Origin: a virus
Lineage: Duplodnaviria > Caudoviricetes
Reading direction: 5' to 3' (one strand)
Length of the DNA: 61,359 bases
Virus record (IMG/VR): IMGVR_UViG_3300037483_000835
Coordinates: 1 to 61,359 of that record
Each line of letters starts with the position of its first letter. Within the stretch, counting starts at the first letter, position 1. The position numbers and the translations under genes were made by a program. Positions 15,574 to 25,236 of the stretch are shown here, piece after piece. The notes under the pieces were generated by a model. It was not told where the DNA came from, made no database searches, and was given only the letters and a program-made list of their open reading frames with translations.

Positions 15574-18500
15574 CTACTCCTCCACCTTGCCTAGATTCAC
15601 GTAGCTTCCAGGCTCTCGCTTGCGCAGCGTATCCTGCCAGGTAGGCTTGCCCTGGTGCTGCCTACCTGTCTGGGTCGGCAAGTCTCCATAACTAGCTGGG
15701 CGCATCCCCAGCTTCTTCTGAGGCACGTCACGATACCCAACCATGAAGTGACCCGGCAGCTTGTCCTCTTGACGACCAAGCGAAATGGTAGCCTTCGACT
15801 CCGGCGTCCAAATGTGGACGGTCGTGCCCACGTGGCTCTTGCGGCCACCGAACTGAAACGTGGTGCCAGTGTGACGATTGTAACCCGTGCGGTCCGGCTT
15901 CTTCTCGTTGCGCAAATACTGGTGGAACGCTTCCTGGAGGACTTCACTCGGATGCTTACCACCGAAAACGATGTTCTTTATCTTTTGATAGTGTTCTTCC
16001 GGATAGTCCCGTTCAGCACGCTTGGCGGCCTCCGCGGGGTCCTGCCCTTGCTGGGCGGCCTGAGCTGCGGCCTGACGCACGAAGGACTGTCCAAGGTCGG
16101 ACTGTACCTCGTCGATATGAATGCCCTTCTCATCGCCAGTCCAGCGTACCCACCCTAGGCCCGCATTCTTACCCACGGGGTGGCCCGAGTTTGTAGACGC
16201 GTGGTGCATACGACGGAATGTCTCGTAGACTCCAGCTTCCTTCAACTTGTGAACCTGGTCCGTAGAGAGGTTGAGCTGGAAGACGTAGCTCGGCGCTTTC
16301 GAATGACGCTGAGCGCCCTTCCACGAACCCTCGCTCACACCATACTTAATGCCTGGAAGAGAATCGATATGCTCCTGGATTTTCTTCGCCGAAATGTTAC
16401 CGCCCTTGTCACGGCCAGCCTTCCAGTCGCCCGGGGGCAAGTCCTTAGGGGACATCGCCTCTTCGCCCTGAGCGATAATATGGTCTCGGAGTTGACGTAG
16501 CTTATTCGTGCCGAATTTCACCTCGACGTGCTCATCGTGCTGCGAGGACGGGTCGTGCCACCGAAGAGCTTCCTGGGCGGCCTTGCGCACGGACGCGTGC
16601 TTATCGTTTGATAGCTCCTCAGCCAGCTCCTGGGACGCAGACGGGTGTTCCGCAACGGCAGCACGAATCTCTTTCTTCTTACTCTTAGCGATTTCGGGCA
16701 GCATCTCCGTTGGGAAAGTCGGATTTCGTAAGGCATCCAACGTGCCTTCCGGGTATCGATTAAGAGTCTCGCGCAAAACGTCCGGATGCAAGTCCTTCTT
16801 GCGAGCGAGTATATGTCGCAAATTATGACTACGAGTATGCCGCAACAAGAAATCGATAGACTTCCGTTGTAGTTCCGGAGTAGTGGCAGCCTCAGCGACT
16901 CCACCGCCCACGGCGCTCACCGAAGGAACATGGATCGAGGATTCGGAGTCGTACCTATCAGCTTCATCGAGCAACGAGGACATCTGGTCATCGGTTAATG
17001 AGCCATTCGCTAAGGCGCTAGCGGTCTCCCAGTAACGATGATGCTCTTTAGGAAACTCACGAAGTATTCGAGTGGCAGTCTCGTTCTTCAACGGGGTATA
17101 CTTTACCACATCCGTCAACGTGTCCCAGGGCGCTAGCGACGCATGCTGACGCTCCATGACGTCGCCAGCCGTCTCCCCAGGGAGCACGCCATGAACGTAC
17201 GCAGGGGCCTTCTTCGCGTGGTCCAACATCATCTCGACGCGATGATTCGGCAGCCGACCTACGTCGTGATAAAAGTGGCCACTGCTCAGCGTCGGCATAA
17301 CGTGCTTAAACTCTTCATCCGTTAGCTTATTGTGACCGTAGCGAAGCCAGTCAGAAGCGGTATCGTTGGGCCATGCCGCAGGCGAAGGACGATTAGCTAG
17401 CTCAATGACCTGAGCGCGCTGCTCTGGATTCAACTTCTCGAAATACGTGTTAAGAAAGTGCTTAACGTTATTCTCAGACAGCTCTGGACGGTCGGCAGCG
17501 GCTGAACCCGGAACGTGCGGAGCTTCGTTGTGTCGAATAGAGATACGCTTCAGGAAATCGTTGACCTCCTCGGGATAGAGCTTGCCCTCGGTGGCGCGTT
17601 GATGCCATGTAGCACCCCATAAGTTTCGCGGCATCTGCTGGCCCGAAGCGATAAAACGCTGGCGCTCCTCTTCCAGAGCCTTTTCTCGAGCAGCCTCCGC
17701 AGCCGCCTGCTGTTCGGGACTAAGAGGCACGTCTTCGCCAATGCCCGGCAGACCGAGCTGGCCGGGTCCTGCGCGCACAGCCTTCTCGAGGACCTGCTCA
17801 TACTGTTCAAAGTCTTCGGGCGTCCAATCCTCGGACTTCACAAACTCGTGTTCCCTGTCGCCAGCCTCACGCTCTTGGAACCCGACTTCTTCCTTGATGA
17901 GGTAATCGTATGGCCCAGCGCCCTCTCTTTGCATTTCTGGCTGGTAGTCTAGACCATGCTTGCGCGCAAGGGTCAGATGAACACGATGTGCTGCCTCGCT
18001 GTGTTCCGACCCGACCACCTTACGAATGCCAAGGTTACGGCGCGCGTAAGCGTAATTCGCCTCATAAAGCGCCGTGCCTATACCAAGGCCCCGATGTTGT
18101 TTTTCGACAATAGAAGTGTCGATACCCAGGACCGGCTCGCCATCCTCAACACTGTGGTAGGTGGTGACTCGACCCGCTATCTTACCGAAGGGGTCGTACG
18201 CGCGAGCGATGATAGAACCAGTACGAGGGATGTGCTGTAGACGCAAACGATAGCCATTCGCCTGAATAGGCTGGGGCAGCACGTGTGTGAAATCGTGGAG
18301 CGACTCATTCGTGGTGGGGTTACGCGCCAGAATCTTGCCGGCGGGAATAACCGCAATGGACTTCTGAAGGTCACCCTCGCTCTTCTTCATCTTCGAAGGC
18401 AGGCGTGGGAGTTTCAGGTCGCGCGTAGGCTTCATCGTCGCGGCTACCGTGCGCATCACCTCGAAATTGCGGCGCATCAACTTGAAGAACTCGCGCTGCT

Positions 18501-20529
18501 TCTCCAGAGGGATACTCAACGCACGGTATATACTCTTACGAGACCGCTCATCCGTCAAGAACTGTTGGTGACTGGTGATAAACTCCTCGGGATTATCAGC
18601 CATTCCATAGCCGCTAACTCCCATCACCTTCTTACCAGCTTCACGGCCTTCGGGAGGAAGCTGGTCGATGACCTTTCGAATGACGAGCTGACGGGCTTCA
18701 TCACCATACTTCTGAGCTAGCTGACCGAAGACGCTATGCTGTGCTTCGTGCGCTCGTACACCTACCAGTCCGTGAACCTTGCCGCCCATAGCGACGCCGC
18801 TAACCATCCTCTGTGCGGGCGGAGTCGGGCTTTTCATGTTAGCTAGCGTGCCCATGATACCAAAGCCACGCTCCTTGGCCCGGTCGTACACATCTTCGCC
18901 GTGCTGTCGGCGGCGAGCGGGGTCGTCAGCAACGATGCCGCCGCTCTTCGACTCACGAGGGTCCGAAGCAAGCTGGTAACGAGCGCCGAAGATAGCGCGG
19001 CCACCCTTGCCGCGCTTCATGACACCTTGACCCTTCGGGTAGGTCATCGGCTCCTGTACGTCCGTTACGCCCAGTTTAGGAAATTTGATATAACCAACAG
19101 TCTTAGCCAGCTCTTGTAGCTCATCGTCTTCTTCAGACTTCTGGAGAGATGGCTTGACGCGGTCGATAAGTGTCTGAGCACGCTTCGAGGGCTTTCCGGG
19201 GTCGTAGTCCGGAGGCCCCACACTGAAACCCTTCGGCTTGGCTGACTCGTAGTCGGGACGCTCCGGGAACTGCTCGGCGGTGGGGTCGAGAACTACGCCC
19301 GTCTTCTTATGCTGAAGAAACCAGTGTGGCCCCTGGGGCATCGCCAAATGCATTCGCTCCCAGCCAGTGTTCTTACCGTCCAGCAGGTGAAATAAACTTT
19401 CGGTGGCTACGTAGCAGTGTCCGTGATACGGATTCGGGTTACCCTGGTACTCTGGCTTGAGTAAGTCCGGTGTCAAATTGGCACGAACCGCATCGAATAC
19501 GCGTTGAATACGCGCGGGGAGGTGTGGGTGCTTGACCCAACTCGGGGACTCGAAGCCTTGCTCGGACTTGTAGAATCCTCCTCGCACACCTTCGACATAA
19601 TCCTGCGACTCCAAATATCCTGGATGAGTGTCATGCGCAGGAGTTAGACCCACCGCTCTAGCGGCCTCGTCGCGATTGTAGAACTTGTCTTGATGGTCGA
19701 CGAATCCATCTTCCCAGTCCTCATACGGCTCTTGGGAATTCGGTCCCTCTGGTAGATAGTCGGGATTGTGAAAAACGGGACTTTCAACCACCTGGCCCGT
19801 CTTCCTATGTCGGAAGGCGGGTGTGCGCATCATCGCAGTGGGCGGCGCAGGAACAAATTCCCCCGGCTGGCCGGCGCTCGTACGAGCCATATCCCAGGCG
19901 CTGCGCGGGTCAGCCTTCTCTAGCTCTACTTCTTGATTTTGCTCATCGGTCTCCTCCTTCTTCAGCTTCCGGCCGGACAGCGCGTACTCGTACGGACCGC
20001 CACGAATTCCCTCTTCACGCTCATTCGGAAACCCAGGCTCGGGGTCATACTTCAAGCCGTGGCGACGAGCCAGGGACTCGTGAACTCGACGAGCCGCAGC
20101 GGTATGATAGCCTCCATCAACCTTCTTTACGCCCATCTTCTTATAGGCGTGGGCGTACATCGCTTCATACATCGCGCGACCAAAACCCTGGCCTCTCAGC
20201 TCAGCGGGGAGCATACCTAACGCATGGGGCGTGATGGCCTTCCCGTGCTGAACCAACACACCGGTCGTCTTGCCGATATTCTTGTCCTGGGGATTTTGCA
20301 GGTAGACATCCAGACCCTGAGAATCCGTGGTCAGATGAAGTCTATATCCCGCATTGTGCTGCTCCGGCTTCAGTAGGTGACTATAGTCCCAAGTGCCCGT
20401 GCCCGAAGAGAATCGACCCACGGGCAGGTCCTTGATAGCCATCTTGGCGAGAGGCTCACCATTCCATGCAGTCCAACACTCTTGGTCGCACAGGTCGGTG
20501 GGTGTGCCATCACAGTGTTCGCAGGCCAT
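15574..20529 (-). CDS. giant polyvalent virion protein C (two GNATs, Cys-His-Asp domain, zincin, helical repeats, EVQSD domain)
   Basis: LRGQGFGRAMY and HRGLGIGTALY; GHCYVA..HWFL..LDPT; HEAQH..EE; ALRNP/AEHP repeats; IDEVQSD. Confidence 0.85.
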   Translation of the reverse strand: MACEHCDGTPTDLCDQECWTAWNGEPLAKMAIKDLPVGRFSSGTGTWDYSHLLKPEQHNAGYRLHLTTDSQGLDVYLQNPQDKNIGKTTGVLVQHGKAITPHALGMLPAELRGQGFGRAMYEAMYAHAYKKMGVKKVDGGYHTAAARRVHESLARRHGLKYDPEPGFPNEREEGIRGGPYEYALSGRKLKKEETDEQNQEVELEKADPRSAWDMARTSAGQPGEFVPAPPTAMMRTPAFRHRKTGQVVESPVFHNPDYLPEGPNSQEPYEDWEDGFVDHQDKFYNRDEAARAVGLTPAHDTHPGYLESQDYVEGVRGGFYKSEQGFESPSWVKHPHLPARIQRVFDAVRANLTPDLLKPEYQGNPNPYHGHCYVATESLFHLLDGKNTGWERMHLAMPQGPHWFLQHKKTGVVLDPTAEQFPERPDYESAKPKGFSVGPPDYDPGKPSKRAQTLIDRVKPSLQKSEEDDELQELAKTVGYIKFPKLGVTDVQEPMTYPKGQGVMKRGKGGRAIFGARYQLASDPRESKSGGIVADDPARRRQHGEDVYDRAKERGFGIMGTLANMKSPTPPAQRMVSGVAMGGKVHGLVGVRAHEAQHSVFGQLAQKYGDEARQLVIRKVIDQLPPEGREAGKKVMGVSGYGMADNPEEFITSHQQFLTDERSRKSIYRALSIPLEKQREFFKLMRRNFEVMRTVAATMKPTRDLKLPRLPSKMKKSEGDLQKSIAVIPAGKILARNPTTNESLHDFTHVLPQPIQANGYRLRLQHIPRTGSIIARAYDPFGKIAGRVTTYHSVEDGEPVLGIDTSIVEKQHRGLGIGTALYEANYAYARRNLGIRKVVGSEHSEAAHRVHLTLARKHGLDYQPEMQREGAGPYDYLIKEEVGFQEREAGDREHEFVKSEDWTPEDFEQYEQVLEKAVRAGPGQLGLPGIGEDVPLSPEQQAAAEAAREKALEEERQRFIASGQQMPRNLWGATWHQRATEGKLYPEEVNDFLKRISIRHNEAPHVPGSAAADRPELSENNVKHFLNTYFEKLNPEQRAQVIELANRPSPAAWPNDTASDWLRYGHNKLTDEEFKHVMPTLSSGHFYHDVGRLPNHRVEMMLDHAKKAPAYVHGVLPGETAGDVMERQHASLAPWDTLTDVVKYTPLKNETATRILREFPKEHHRYWETASALANGSLTDDQMSSLLDEADRYDSESSIHVPSVSAVGGGVAEAATTPELQRKSIDFLLRHTRSHNLRHILARKKDLHPDVLRETLNRYPEGTLDALRNPTFPTEMLPEIAKSKKKEIRAAVAEHPSASQELAEELSNDKHASVRKAAQEALRWHDPSSQHDEHVEVKFGTNKLRQLRDHIIAQGEEAMSPKDLPPGDWKAGRDKGGNISAKKIQEHIDSLPGIKYGVSEGSWKGAQRHSKAPSYVFQLNLSTDQVHKLKEAGVYETFRRMHHASTNSGHPVGKNAGLGWVRWTGDEKGIHIDEVQSDLGQSFVRQAAAQAAQQGQDPAEAAKRAERDYPEEHYQKIKNIVFGGKHPSEVLQEAFHQYLRNEKKPDRTGYNRHTGTTFQFGGRKSHVGTTVHIWTPESKATISLGRQEDKLPGHFMVGYRDVPQKKLGMRPASYGDLPTQTGRQHQGKPTWQDTLRKREPGSYVNLGKVEE

Positions 20530-20538
20530 CCGGAACCT

Positions 20539-21405
20539 TTACACGTTGTCACAGAAAATTCTACGACCGAAGAGGGCTTTGACCTTGCCGCTCAGGCGCT
20601 TATATTTTGTCTCGAGACCCTCGATAGCCTTCGCGTAGACCTGGGGCCCAGGGTTTGATATGTTCTGAGACGTGCCGTCGATACCGAGGCCATAGGACGT
20701 GAGTCGGTTAGTCGCCTGGAGCCGTTCCAAGATGTCGATGGCTGCGCGGCAGCCCACTAGATCATTCACCACACGTGGAATGCGCCCCTCCTTGAAACCG
20801 GCGCGGTACTGAATAAGCCACCATCGAGCAATCCAGGAACGCGAGCCCATCAGCGCAATGAACGCCGCACCTCCGGCGCTATCCGCCGAGCCCACGATGC
20901 CGCCGCCCACGAAAGCGGGTTGCAACGGAATGATGTTGACCTGGCCCCTTTGAAGGCCGCCCGCTTCAATCCAGGTCGTCGGAATGAAGAAAATAGGGTT
21001 CAACGTGGCATCCGACACAAACAGCTCGATAACCTCGGTAACCGGAGCATCCGGCAGCATCATATGACCCATCGACTTGTAGAGGTTGAGGTCGAAGGGT
21101 AGCCGTTTCGATATCTCCATCGGTAGAATCTTGATGCGCATCTCCGTTTCTACATCAGCGATAGCGCCCGGAAGAAATTCCTCCTTCAGCTTCGTGTCAT
21201 CGATGTGATACCGAATTCCCGTAACCGGGTCTGGCATGAACGAATAGAGCGGGATACCGGTGAGGAATCGGTCCTTGAGCTGCTCCGGCGTGATGAGAGG
21301 TTCTACGCGAGTAACTGAGCCTTGGGCATCTGTGGCGCCATCAAGCTCATTGCCAAGAGCCGGGCGGTCCGACGTATTCGTAATGTCGCCGATAAAAATG
21401 GGCAT
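20539..21405 (-). CDS. probable head-completion/neck protein
   Basis: Position downstream of the capsid module; Y.AG...IP..V..L and S.GIDG.SQ..S patterns typical of head-tail adaptors. Confidence 0.6.
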   Translation of the reverse strand: MPIFIGDITNTSDRPALGNELDGATDAQGSVTRVEPLITPEQLKDRFLTGIPLYSFMPDPVTGIRYHIDDTKLKEEFLPGAIADVETEMRIKILPMEISKRLPFDLNLYKSMGHMMLPDAPVTEVIELFVSDATLNPIFFIPTTWIEAGGLQRGQVNIIPLQPAFVGGGIVGSADSAGGAAFIALMGSRSWIARWWLIQYRAGFKEGRIPRVVNDLVGCRAAIDILERLQATNRLTSYGLGIDGTSQNISNPGPQVYAKAIEGLETKYKRLSGKVKALFGRRIFCDNV

Positions 21406-21408
21406 GGA

Positions 21409-22212
21409 CTACACCACCGGGAAAGAAGGAGCAATGCTAATAGCGGATTCAGCCCATCCGGTCGTCACACGAGAATCAGGCGACAAAACGGGAGTGGACA
21501 CGGTAATCGAGGGACTCGACGTCGCCGTGATGGTAGCCGTGCGAACACCCGTGAGAAGAATGACGTTGCCACTAACCAACGCGGTCACGTTTGCAGTAGC
21601 CGAGTTGGTATTGATAACCGAAGCGAGGTTATTAGCCGTGATGGAATCCGTCCCGCCCACGTTGAACTGGGTGCCAGTAGCGCCTGCTGCAACGCACGTA
21701 AACGTGACGCCGTTAACGACTAGCTCGTCGTCGGGCAGTACGCCCACCAGGGTGGCCGTAGCGCTATAGCTCTGACGCTCAGTAAGCGTCAATATCATTC
21801 CGAACGTCCCAACCATACCGAAATCGGTGATGGCGACGTTGAAGTCGAACGGCTCGCCTAGCGGCACGAGGTTCGAGTAGTCGATGATGGGCCCTCCACC
21901 CGGGGCCGGAGCCACCTTGCCGTCGTTCGGCTGAATCTGAAAACGCCAAATCGACGGGTCTTGCGGGAAGGGCTGTGTCGCCGGGAAGGCGAGTTGCTTG
22001 CGTGGGTATACCGACTTCAGGGACACCAGCAGCGTTGAATTCGACGCCGGCATGAAACGTCGGCCAGGCGGATTGAATTCGCGGTCTTGGTCTCGGTCCA
22101 CGAGCTGAAAGTAAATATCAATCGTAGAGCCAGCACGGGCGGAAATCTGGTTCACGATACGGAACAGGTTAGCGCTCGACACGTCTTGTAGAAGCCGGGC
22201 AGACAAGAGCAT
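21409..22212 (-). CDS. virion structural protein
   Basis: C-terminal VNGVTFT..GTQFNVG..TANNLA module shared with 32021..33148. Confidence 0.6.
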   Translation of the reverse strand: MLLSARLLQDVSSANLFRIVNQISARAGSTIDIYFQLVDRDQDREFNPPGRRFMPASNSTLLVSLKSVYPRKQLAFPATQPFPQDPSIWRFQIQPNDGKVAPAPGGGPIIDYSNLVPLGEPFDFNVAITDFGMVGTFGMILTLTERQSYSATATLVGVLPDDELVVNGVTFTCVAAGATGTQFNVGGTDSITANNLASVINTNSATANVTALVSGNVILLTGVRTATITATSSPSITVSTPVLSPDSRVTTGWAESAISIAPSFPVV

Positions 22213-22250
22213 TTTGAGACCTCGCCTCCCTTAGATTGCTGTCCGCAAAT

Positions 22251-22278
22251 AAGAAGGGCCCGTTATCAGCGGGCCCTT
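22251..22278 (-). terminator. intrinsic terminator
   Basis: AAGGGCCCG-loop-CGGGCCCTT followed by CTTATTT on the minus strand. Confidence 0.7.
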
Positions 22279-22373
22279 GAGATATCGTTCTCTGGGACGG
22301 AGAAGCTGGCTCGAAGGGTCGACTTGGTGCTCAGCTCTCACCTTACTATATCACCCAGAAGGACGCTCCAGAA

Positions 22374-22607
22374 CTATGGGAGTCGGTCAGGTAATCGGCC
22401 ACACCGCTGGGCAACCTCTTCTTGAGCGTCGGTCGTCTGCCGAACGATGAAACTGAATTCGAAACCCAGAGCATTTAACGCAAGCGCGAGGTCCTGGGCC
22501 CTAATTGAATGACCTTGACACACGTCTTTGCCGTCAATGTATAAAGCTGCCCACTCGCCATCCTGTGTCTTCAGGATCGTAACGTTCATCATCTCAGCCA
22601 CCACCAC
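22374..22607 (-). CDS. hypothetical protein
   Basis: GEWAALYIDG..QGHSI motif typical of small phage proteins. Confidence 0.6.
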   Translation of the reverse strand: MVVAEMMNVTILKTQDGEWAALYIDGKDVCQGHSIRAQDLALALNALGFEFSFIVRQTTDAQEEVAQRCGRLPDRLP

Positions 22608-22783
22608 GTTAGAGAAATGCCCAGCGAAAAGCTACCGAACGAAATGAGGGAAATCCCCAACAGGCGCCAAAGGACCGTAGACGCTTCAGTCTCGATAGGA
22701 GCCAGCACACATGGACCCTCGTGTAAATAGGGCCTGATGCATCTATAACCAGCGGGAATGGGGTGACTCACATTATCCTCCAT
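22589..22783 (-). CDS. small membrane protein
   Basis: C-terminal hydrophobic helix. Confidence 0.45.
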   Translation of the reverse strand: MEDNVSHPIPAGYRCIRPYLHEGPCVLAPIETEASTVLWRLLGISLISFGSFSLGISLTWWWLR

Positions 22784-23032
22784 ATCAGTGCGGCTACTGA
22801 TATCAATATCCAGTATACCGCCAGGTAGCCCATCACTCGAGAGCCAAACCCGTTAGAGCTTTCGCGCTTCATGACTCAGAGTCGAATCCGAAAAGCCGGC
22901 GAATCCTAGCCAGGATGGTGGGTCTCTTGGGGATAAATCCAGGACAAAAGCACCCGTCAACCCCACACTCGTAGGCCCAGCCGACGTGCTCAGGCCGTCC
23001 ATGGTTACAGACAGCACACCTAAAATCCCGAT

Positions 23033-23368
23033 TCATGGCTTATTCCTCCAGTCACCAGGCCGACGATAGCCTTGGTACTTCTTGGGCATCTTCCGAGGGT
23101 TCACAACGGCATCGAGGGCATCCCGCGCTTGTCCGCGCGTGAAAGCATTGAAGGGACCGTGGCCGAATTCGTTCCGGTCAGGGGCTTCTGAGGTGACCAG
23201 GACCGATGTGGGGAACGGCCCCAGCGACCGGAAGAATTCCGTCGCGCTACGTCGGCCCTCGTGCGGCTCACCAACGCACACCGCACATGAGTAGGTCTCC
23301 GGCTCACGCCGATAGACGACGATACGGTGATTCGACCCACACTTCGAGCACGCCGTGTCTTTCATCAC
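23033..23368 (-). CDS. zinc-ribbon hypothetical protein
   Basis: CSKC..CAVC; GAGGAGG RBS, overlap with the SLT stop. Confidence 0.6.
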   Translation of the reverse strand: MMKDTACSKCGSNHRIVVYRREPETYSCAVCVGEPHEGRRSATEFFRSLGPFPTSVLVTSEAPDRNEFGHGPFNAFTRGQARDALDAVVNPRKMPKKYQGYRRPGDWRNKP

Positions 23369-24024
23369 TTCCTCCTCACAAACAACTTTGGTGCGTCGGC
23401 CGGTTTATGGCCATGCTTCTTCAATAGCTTCTTATAATGTGACATAACCTTCGGGACGAACACAGCGCCCTCTTCCGGCATCTCCTGTTCGTCTCGCTGA
23501 ACCGCCAGCGCCGTCCCCGGTCCCTGATTGTAGGCCAGTAGCACACTCTCCGGACGGCGAAACCCGTGCGATACAAGATGGTGCACGTATCTGATGCCAG
23601 CCCGGACATTCTCTACCGGGTCTAGAAACCTCTTCGCATCGGAGAACATCCGAAACGTCTTCGGGATGAGCTGCATCAGACCTCGAGCGCCTGTCGGTGA
23701 CTGGGCCTCCACGTCGAACCTGCTCTCGACCTCAATAAGAGCAATTACGAAGAGAGGGTCCACTCCTGTGCGGGCACACTCCTGAACAAGGGCTACTGCC
23801 ACTTCTAACGACTCCTCTGAAGTCAGCTTAGTGAGCCTGGGTTCGATTTCGTTCTTGATTCGCTCCACTTCCAGCTCATGTAACGAAGATTCAGGCTCGA
23901 CCACATCAACTCGAAATTCAGCAGAGTCCGTTCGGTTCACCGGGAGCCACATCGCGGTCATGGTGAGCACGACCAAAATAATTCGAAGTGGCCGGAATGT
24001 TACCTGCCAGTCGAAAATCTTCAT
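23365..24024 (-). CDS. soluble lytic transglycosylase (SLT) with N-terminal membrane anchor
   Basis: IEVES (catalytic Glu), GARGLMQL, NVRAG..Y, AYNQGPG. Confidence 0.9.
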   Translation of the reverse strand: MKIFDWQVTFRPLRIILVVLTMTAMWLPVNRTDSAEFRVDVVEPESSLHELEVERIKNEIEPRLTKLTSEESLEVAVALVQECARTGVDPLFVIALIEVESRFDVEAQSPTGARGLMQLIPKTFRMFSDAKRFLDPVENVRAGIRYVHHLVSHGFRRPESVLLAYNQGPGTALAVQRDEQEMPEEGAVFVPKVMSHYKKLLKKHGHKPADAPKLFVRRK

Positions 24025-24270
24025 TTAGCCTCCTAGTGTGATAACTCCGTCCACGACGTTGTCCTCGATGTGCGCATCCAGCTTCAGCTTCACACGAGAT
24101 ACGTCGACCTCCAAATTGAACCCTTCCGGCGTATTCTTCCCGACGAGCAACGTTGCTTCAAGCTGTCCACAAAGATAGGCACTACCGATGAGACGGCCTT
24201 GGTCGTCGACCACCCTGAGCGGGATGTGTGACGTCAGATTCAACTGAACGTTCTTCTGAATAAGCGACAT
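24025..24270 (-). CDS. hypothetical protein
   Basis: GAGGAGG RBS and upstream ATGATATAGTAG motif. Confidence 0.65.
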   Translation of the reverse strand: MSLIQKNVQLNLTSHIPLRVVDDQGRLIGSAYLCGQLEATLLVGKNTPEGFNLEVDVSRVKLKLDAHIEDNVVDGVITLGG

Positions 24271-24310
24271 ACATCCTCCTCACACTACTATATCATACCA
24301 GAAGGGGACT

Positions 24311-24649
24311 TCACGACCGAGCTGTTTTAGCTACGTACACATCAGCAGACGGAGTGTAAACCGGCACGTGAACCTGAGCTTCCACCAGGGCATTGGCGAC
24401 CACCTCGACCATTTTATCGAAGGTCGGGTCGAGGTCCATCTGAGCCGGCATAGTGACTTGGATGTATTCCGGAGTGAGCAAATCGACAAGCTTCAGTGCT
24501 TCCTCGATGTCGCCGCCTAGCACGAACGACCAGGCGACGGCGATATACGCCTTTTGCCGACTATCAGCATCAAGCGTTTGGAGTTGAGGCATAAGAAATC
24601 TCAACTCTCGTCGAATCTTCTCGGAAGCCAACACGTCCACGGTCTTCAT
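24311..24649 (-). CDS. hypothetical helical protein
   Basis: ATGA-coupled operon. Confidence 0.65.
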   Translation of the reverse strand: MKTVDVLASEKIRRELRFLMPQLQTLDADSRQKAYIAVAWSFVLGGDIEEALKLVDLLTPEYIQVTMPAQMDLDPTFDKMVEVVANALVEAQVHVPVYTPSADVYVAKTARS

Positions 24650-24867
24650 GCGTCCCTCTTCGGAGAGTCAACAAAGAATTTCACAGCGTCCTTACCCAGC
24701 TCCAGCTTGACTCCAGAAGAATTGTAAAACAGCCTAAACCCCCGGCCACACCTTACACAATCCACCAACTCAGGCGGATAGGGTACTGACTGCACTGCGC
24801 CACAGTAACAGCACGTACAGACCAATGGTAGTGAGTTACGACCGTGTACGAGAGTCAGATGACTCAT
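24646..24867 (-). CDS. zinc-ribbon protein
   Basis: CCYC..CVRC; ATGA overlaps. Confidence 0.6.
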   Translation of the reverse strand: MSHLTLVHGRNSLPLVCTCCYCGAVQSVPYPPELVDCVRCGRGFRLFYNSSGVKLELGKDAVKFFVDSPKRDA

Positions 24868-25058
24868 AAGCGAACCTTGAGGGGCTCTGTTTCGCAGTCC
24901 AGAGCGTCTTGTCCCTTTTTACCACCCAGCAACTCACCAATGACATCATCCAAGCATGCACGTGTGGCATTCGAGCGTTGCTGCATCGCCTGAGCCACAA
25001 CGCGGAGAGCATCCTTCAGGGGCTTGGTGGTCCGGGCCCTGTCGCAAATATCACACAT
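24864..25058 (-). CDS. small hypothetical protein
   Basis: MCDIC start with GGAG RBS. Confidence 0.55.
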   Translation of the reverse strand: MCDICDRARTTKPLKDALRVVAQAMQQRSNATRACLDDVIGELLGGKKGQDALDCETEPLKVRL

Positions 25059-25236
25059 CGCTGCTCCCTTGGGTCTTCTTCATCGTGATAACATCGAGTG
25101 TCTTGGTCAACTTCTTAACATCGTCCTTGAGCCAGTCAACTTCCTGCTCAAGCTGCCGAATTCGGTCTTTCAATCTCTCCACAGAAGCGTCAGCCATATC
25201 TTCACCCGGAGTTTCCGCTCGAATCCATGCGAGAAT

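Noticed and set aside
5742-20658. Many antisense and alternate-frame ORFs over the giant genes (e.g. 12940..14100 +), and likewise 28642..29571 + over the capsid gene
   Set aside because: Shadow frames expected from GC-rich codon bias; no motifs or RBS
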